64,000 nucleotides of DNA from Microthyrium microscopicum (lineage: Eukaryota). Shown here piece by piece: positions 58,968 to 64,000 of this stretch. The stretch spans positions 1,995,345 through 2,059,344 of the forward strand of contig MU004237.1 of assembly GCA_010405405.1 (NCBI GenBank), written 5' to 3'. The notes under the pieces are model-generated. The model saw only the letters and a program-made list of their open reading frames with translations. It made no database searches and was not told the DNA's origin. Position 1 is the first letter of the stretch. Every line of letters begins with the position of its first letter. A program made the position numbers and the translations under genes.

Positions 58968-60876
58968 ATGGTTCGACTTTCTTTAATACAGGCGGCTCTG
59001 GTAGCTGTGGCTTCGGCTAGTCCGCTACTCAGAAACGATACCTCTTATGGCGTTGTACGAGGAGTAGATGGTAAGGAAAATGGTTCATAATGGTTTTCTA
59101 GATTCTAATTATGTCAAGGCCAATTCGCCGGTACAGTGACCGATGAGATGGTGGATGACTTTCGATACTGGAGTGAATACACAGCAGCCGCATACTGTGC
59201 GCCACAACAATCCGGAAAAGGAGGAAAAATAAATTGTGCAGGTTATGGCAGCTGTCCAAACCTGGAAAAATCCAGTACCAAAGTCTACTCTACGTGGTAC
59301 CAGTAAGTTGACCTCGAGTCTACAGAAGATATGACAGAAAAGCTAACGCACTCAATTAGACTCGGAAAAAACTCCGCCACCGGTTTTGTCGCCGCCGATA
59401 ATACAAAGGATATCATAGTTATTTCACTGAGAGGCTCTGTCAATCTTGCAAACTGGGTCGCTGATATGAAAATATCGCCACTAGCATGCCCCGAATATGG
59501 AGGTTCAGGATCCATCTGCCACACTGGTTTCCTAGGTTTCTGGCAAGAAAGCAAGCCAATGGCTATGCGAGGACTGGAGGCTGCGCTCGCTGAGCATCCC
59601 GACTACAACATTGTCGTTGCTGGACACAGCCTTGGTGCTGCAGCAGCAATGTTTGCTGCCGCCGATCTAAGAGCAAGATTCGCCAAAGAGGCTGCATCAG
59701 CACCAGCAGCACCAGCGCACTCGCATGGCGGCGAAGAAGCACCAGCACCCAAGCCCGCTGTAACTGCTAATCCCGTCGCCAGCCTCTCACCTCAGGCCTC
59801 GAAGGCGTTGAGCGCCTACTTGGCTAGTATGGCAGCAAAAGCTAAGCCAACACAGATCGTTCCTAAGGTAACATCAGCCCCTAAACCGACAGCAGCCGCT
59901 GGCGGATTTTCCCCCGAAGCTGCAAAGTCGTTACAAGCATTCATGTCTAGCCAATACGCGGCAGCCCAAGCAGCAAAAGCAACTGCCGCCGCCCAAGCAG
60001 CAAAAGAAACTGCCGCAGCAGCCCCAAAACCAGCAGCAGCCGCTGGCGGACTTTCCCCCGAAGCCGCAAAAGCATTACAATCATACATAGCTGGCCTAGG
60101 AGCAAAGGCAACTCCCGCCGCAGTCCCCGCTGAGAGCATTCCCGAAATGCCTGCCTCTGTACCCACAACTGGTCTCTCTCCAAAAGCTCAAAAGGCTCTG
60201 GATGACTTGATAGCGGCTTTGAAGGAGCAGAAGGAGCAGCAAGCAAAGCAGCAGGCAGCCAAGGGTAAAGGAGGAGGAACCGGCCAAGGCAATGGCTGGA
60301 ACAATAACAACAATGGCTGGAACAATAATAATAAGGGAAATAACAACAAGGGAAACAATAACAAGGGTCGAAATGGGCACAAAAAGCGAAGTGAAGCACC
60401 ACAGGGAGCAAAGACCGTTTGGCTGGTAAGTCTAAAGCTGTTTCAATATTACGAAAGAGTACTAAATTGTCCGTAGTATGCCTACGGTATGCCTCGCGGA
60501 GGTAATCAACAAGTAGTCGAGTTCATCACCAAGCAAGGCAACAACTTCCGCATCACACATACAAACGATGCTGTTCCCAAGCTTCCTCCGGAGAGCGGTA
60601 CATGGAAACACATCAGCCCAGAATACTACATCTCTACTGGTCTCGGAAATAAAGCGAGCACTTACGAAGTTATCGACGGATTCTCAAACTCATGGAAAGG
60701 AAATGGCGGCACATATACCCCTAATATTATTGCACATATTCAATACTATAGCACAAACATGTAAGGATCACCCTTTGAAAATCCCGAGCATACGAAACTA
60801 ACTATATTCTAGGTACGCTTGTGTAACAACCAACGCACTGCCACTCTGGTTGATGGGTGGAGCAGGCTCGAAATAG
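58968..60876 (+). CDS. Secreted class 3 lipase with a large repetitive internal insertion
   Basis: Signal peptide MVRLSLIQAALVAVASA, then EYTAAAYC, IVISLRGS, CHTGFL, nucleophile GHSLG (59622-59636). After the insertion come YAYGMPRGGN, RITHTNDAVPKLPP, WKHISPEYYI and AHIQYY. Four canonical introns. Confidence 0.9.
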
Positions 60877-61711
60877 ATGTCGACAAGAAGACTATCAAAG
60901 AATTAACTTGTATATAATCAAAACAGTAAAATCAAAAACAAGATAAACATATCAAATCACTGAGTGTTCCTATACATGTGAGCGAGCACTCGCACACTTG
61001 TGCAACCCGTCGAATTCACGCCAATATCAACAGGGCATTGCGAGATCTTCCGCATTAATTACACCTCACGGTTTATTTGAGTTAAGTTACGAGAATATAA
61101 GGAACTACTTATCTTGGATCTAGACTCCGCTGCTATATTGGGGTAAAGCAGTGATTGCATATTGTACAGTGTATGAAAGTATTACCCCAGCTTACGCCGT
61201 TGTTAAGACCAGGGCGAGTGACTATGGAAGAAAAGAAACTATTAGCCCGTAGCGATAAGCCGGGTATCATGGGGTACCTAGTACCTACTATGTACTTAGC
61301 AAGTCGGAAATGAAAGTGCTTATAGGCGTTGCATCTATAGACTACAACAGAACAGATAGAACTAATAGACGACTAAACAGAGTAATCTGTAAAAAGACGA
61401 AGCCCATTCGTCCTGGAGAGTTATGTTTACGAATCCAATATTTTGGTATTTTGTACGGAGTGACTTCCGTTCGGAACAGCCTACCTACTATCCAAGATCT
61501 TCGGCTGAAATTTCCACCTGCCCTACTTCAACCCATTTCTTTGGTGTGGCGGTTTAAAAATTTGAAATCAAGAGTGAGAAAGTTCAGACATGGTCTCAAT
61601 ATATGTATTCATCTGATGACTTACAGCTCAATTTATCGTGAATTATGACGCATACGCTCAGACATGGCTATATTTGCTCTCAGTGCATCTGATGTGGTTG
61701 GCAAGATATTA

Positions 61712-61947
61712 CACCCAGATTCATAATGTGGTTGCGCGACCCTCTCTCCCCCAAATGTTTGTCTTTACAGTCTCCATCCAATCACAGCTAGAATAGCCTA
61801 TAATTACGGCGGTTAATGGTTAGTACTATCGATTTAGCGTTCCAATAACCAGATTTCATGGGCTGTTTTGCGTCTGATTGGTGGAGACCTGTAGAATTTT
61901 ACTTTTGGGGGGGAGAGGGTCGCGCAACCACATTATGAATCTGGGTG
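61712..61947. mobile_element. 236-bp MITE with ~44-bp TIRs and TA target-site duplication (Tc1/mariner-type)
   Basis: TA|CACCCAGATTCATAATGTGGTTGCGCGACCCTCTCTCCCCCAAA ... TTTGGGGGGGAGAGGGTCGCGCAACCACATTATGAATCTGGGTG|TA, with one mismatch between the TIRs. There is an additional imperfect inner IR (TACAGTCTCCATCCAATCA / TGATTGGTGGAGACCTGTA). Confidence 0.88.
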
Positions 61948-62326
61948 TAGAGGACCTCCTGATGCCATGACCCAGTTAAGAAGCTCATTCAGTGTTTTGA
62001 ATGTGGCAACAACAAGGAGACAACACTCAGAGTGCCATTTAGTATTGGATATTAAGGCTGAGTTTAACACGACTTTAGAAAAACTCTTAGAAAGACTCTT
62101 GAGCCTACCCATTTCGGCTCAGTCACGAATATCATGGAACTTTGCACTTCGTACTCCAAATTCAACGCAACGAAGCCAAGCTTCCATGAATGGACAATGA
62201 CTAAAGATATGGTCGTGAGCTTATAATTTTGGTCTTTGCGTCAAATGAACAATCCCAAGATGTCAGGTAAGAAATTAGATTTACACACTGATACTATGTT
62301 CTGAAGTATTTCAAACGGTCATCGAA

Positions 62327-64000
62327 TTACCAAGCACCCTTGGGTGGGCCGAATGTCTCCCCATCAGCCACCGTTTTCTTGATAGCAATGCCTTGCTGAT
62401 CCTACCAACGAGTTAGTATGTGCAAGTAATAGAGTCTTATTATGACCTACCAGTGTCGACGATACAACTCTATTACCCCACCAATCAGGCGGAGTCTTCT
62501 GTGTGAGCTGTAAGGTAAGGAAGATGAGGATTGTACAAAGCGCCAACCCGGCGTCAAGTGCAGCTGACAGGAGGTAGTTGTATTGTAGCCACCATCCGCG
62601 GAAGCGGTCGCGAATGAGCTTAGAGAAGATGAAGCCGACCATGATCCACATGAGGAAATTCATTGGCACGGCTCTGTGAATATGATTAGTGGAAATAACG
62701 TGAAATATTAGGAGAATTTGAGCTTACGGTGGGATTTGCTGGATACCACCAAAGATGATGGGCCCATGAAGATACTTTGTGGGACTTCTGGGCCACTTGC
62801 GAGCAACCACGTAGAGTATTACAGGAAGTGCGGCTCCGAATAGCCAGAACCACTGTAGAAATCCGTAGATACTTCCAGCGCCGAAGATCTAAAAGAAGTC
62901 AATTTTCAGGTTGAGGGCATTTAGGTCTTCAAAACTTACCCTCTTGGGTCCAATAACTCCCCAGACGATGCTGTTTTGGAAGAACACTCTTCCATTTGGA
63001 CAAGAGTATTTATCAACTTGATCTTCTGAACAGATGTCTTTGATATTACCGAAGGCCCACATGAACTTGGTTGTTGTTAGTTTAAACACTGATTGGAATA
63101 AAGGGTAGACTTACGACTCCGACTTGAACAATACACGACCAAACAGCTGCAGTCAATTGACTAACGAAAAGAGTGCGTGGTGCAACTTTCATGTAAAAAC
63201 CCATTTTCAAGGATTCACTGAAACTTATAGCTTGAGCGAGAGTATTATATGCTGAGAAAGATTAGCTGTCTGCTTCCTTGCTGGAAGAGAAAAAACTTAC
63301 ACAGACTTCTGAAAACCAGCATGCCTATCGGTCGTCCTGGGCGAGCATAAGAAATTATTACATCGCACACCACATTAAGACCAATCCACATATTCTAAAA
63401 TCCAGTAGTCAGTAATCGATTGATCATCGAGATTGGAGTGTAACTTACGTAGATGGCAACAATGAGTCCAACGGGAATCTACAAAGACAAGTTAGGATCC
63501 ATGAAGACTAGAGTACCGAGTAACAAACCAAAAAGAAACCAGCGATAGCGAGAGCAAGGACGTATCCCCACCAGGGAAGTTGTGTGTCCCATTTCAGGAC
63601 GCAAACAAATCCAATGACGATCATAATGACATTAAGTACCAAATACCACCACGTTGGAACGGGAGTGTACACTTCGTAAAGCTTGCCGTGTACATCCTTG
63701 GGTTCTGCTTTTGGATTCGAGAGGCGCTTCCATAGATCTTTTCCGTGATAAAGAGCAGTATGTACAACCAAAGCTATGGTAGCTGCAAAACTCAAACCGT
63801 ACTGTAGAGCAAAAGTGGTAGATAGAAAAATTGGCGAGTACTCTTTGTACTTGTCGACATTCAAAGTAAAGTCGTCATTCAGGATCCTAGAAACATTGTA
63901 TGATTGACCGGTGTTGTCATAGCTGTTGGAGTCGGACATTGGTAGGTAATCAGAATACCAAGTGCCAGAGAAGTGAACGGCAGAAGTTATGATCCAGACG
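62327..64000 (-). CDS. OPT-family oligopeptide transporter (3' part; the gene runs off the window end)
   Basis: Motifs: YSPIFLSTTFALQYGLSFA, PVPTWWY, PGRPIG, MGFYMKVAPRTLF, YSCPNGRVFFQNSIVWGVIGPKR, WWLQYNYLLSAALDAG, PDWWGN, ending GETFGPPKGAW* at 62327. Multiple introns. Confidence 0.93.

Noticed and set aside
59682..60410. Lipase insertion interpreted as an intron or intein
   Set aside because: It is fully open in frame with amino-acid-level repeats, has no suitable splice signals at its borders, and lacks intein terminal residues or motifs.
1..64000. tRNA, rRNA or snRNA genes
   Set aside because: None was recognised by eye. A tRNAscan-SE/Rfam search would be needed to exclude them.

Overview
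This is fungal genomic DNA from a filamentous ascomycete, judged from short GT-AG introns with CTAAC/CTGAC branch points and strong RIP signatures. Bases 1-9553 are an AT-rich, RIP-mutated transposon nest: the 3' end of a Ty3/Gypsy chromovirus with its LTR, an unidentified spliced relic, a ~310-bp hairpin, a hAT transposase relic, an ORF1-only LINE derivative with a 19-bp target-site duplication, and a hAT-like terminus. The block ends sharply at a gene-rich region. That region opens with a reduced galactosaminogalactan (GAG)-type locus: a ~2760-aa Gtb3-like GT4 synthase, a small secreted Cys-rich protein and an Agd3-like deacetylase, with no uge3, sph3 or ega3 recognisable in the window. It continues with a CCCH-type zinc-finger gene, a family III CoA-transferase, an alpha/beta hydrolase, a P450 with a candidate AT-AC intron and a 10-nt micro-exon, CHD1, and an island of orphan genes that includes Cys/His paralogues of the CCCH gene. 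The rest holds PRMT5 head-to-head with CEF1/CDC5, a peroxisomal enoyl-CoA isomerase, a secreted class 3 lipase split by a ~240-aa repeat/Asn-rich insertion ending in a Kex2-type site, a 236-bp MITE, and the 3' part of an OPT transporter. Exon structures were derived by hand and family assignments are from motif recognition, not database searches.
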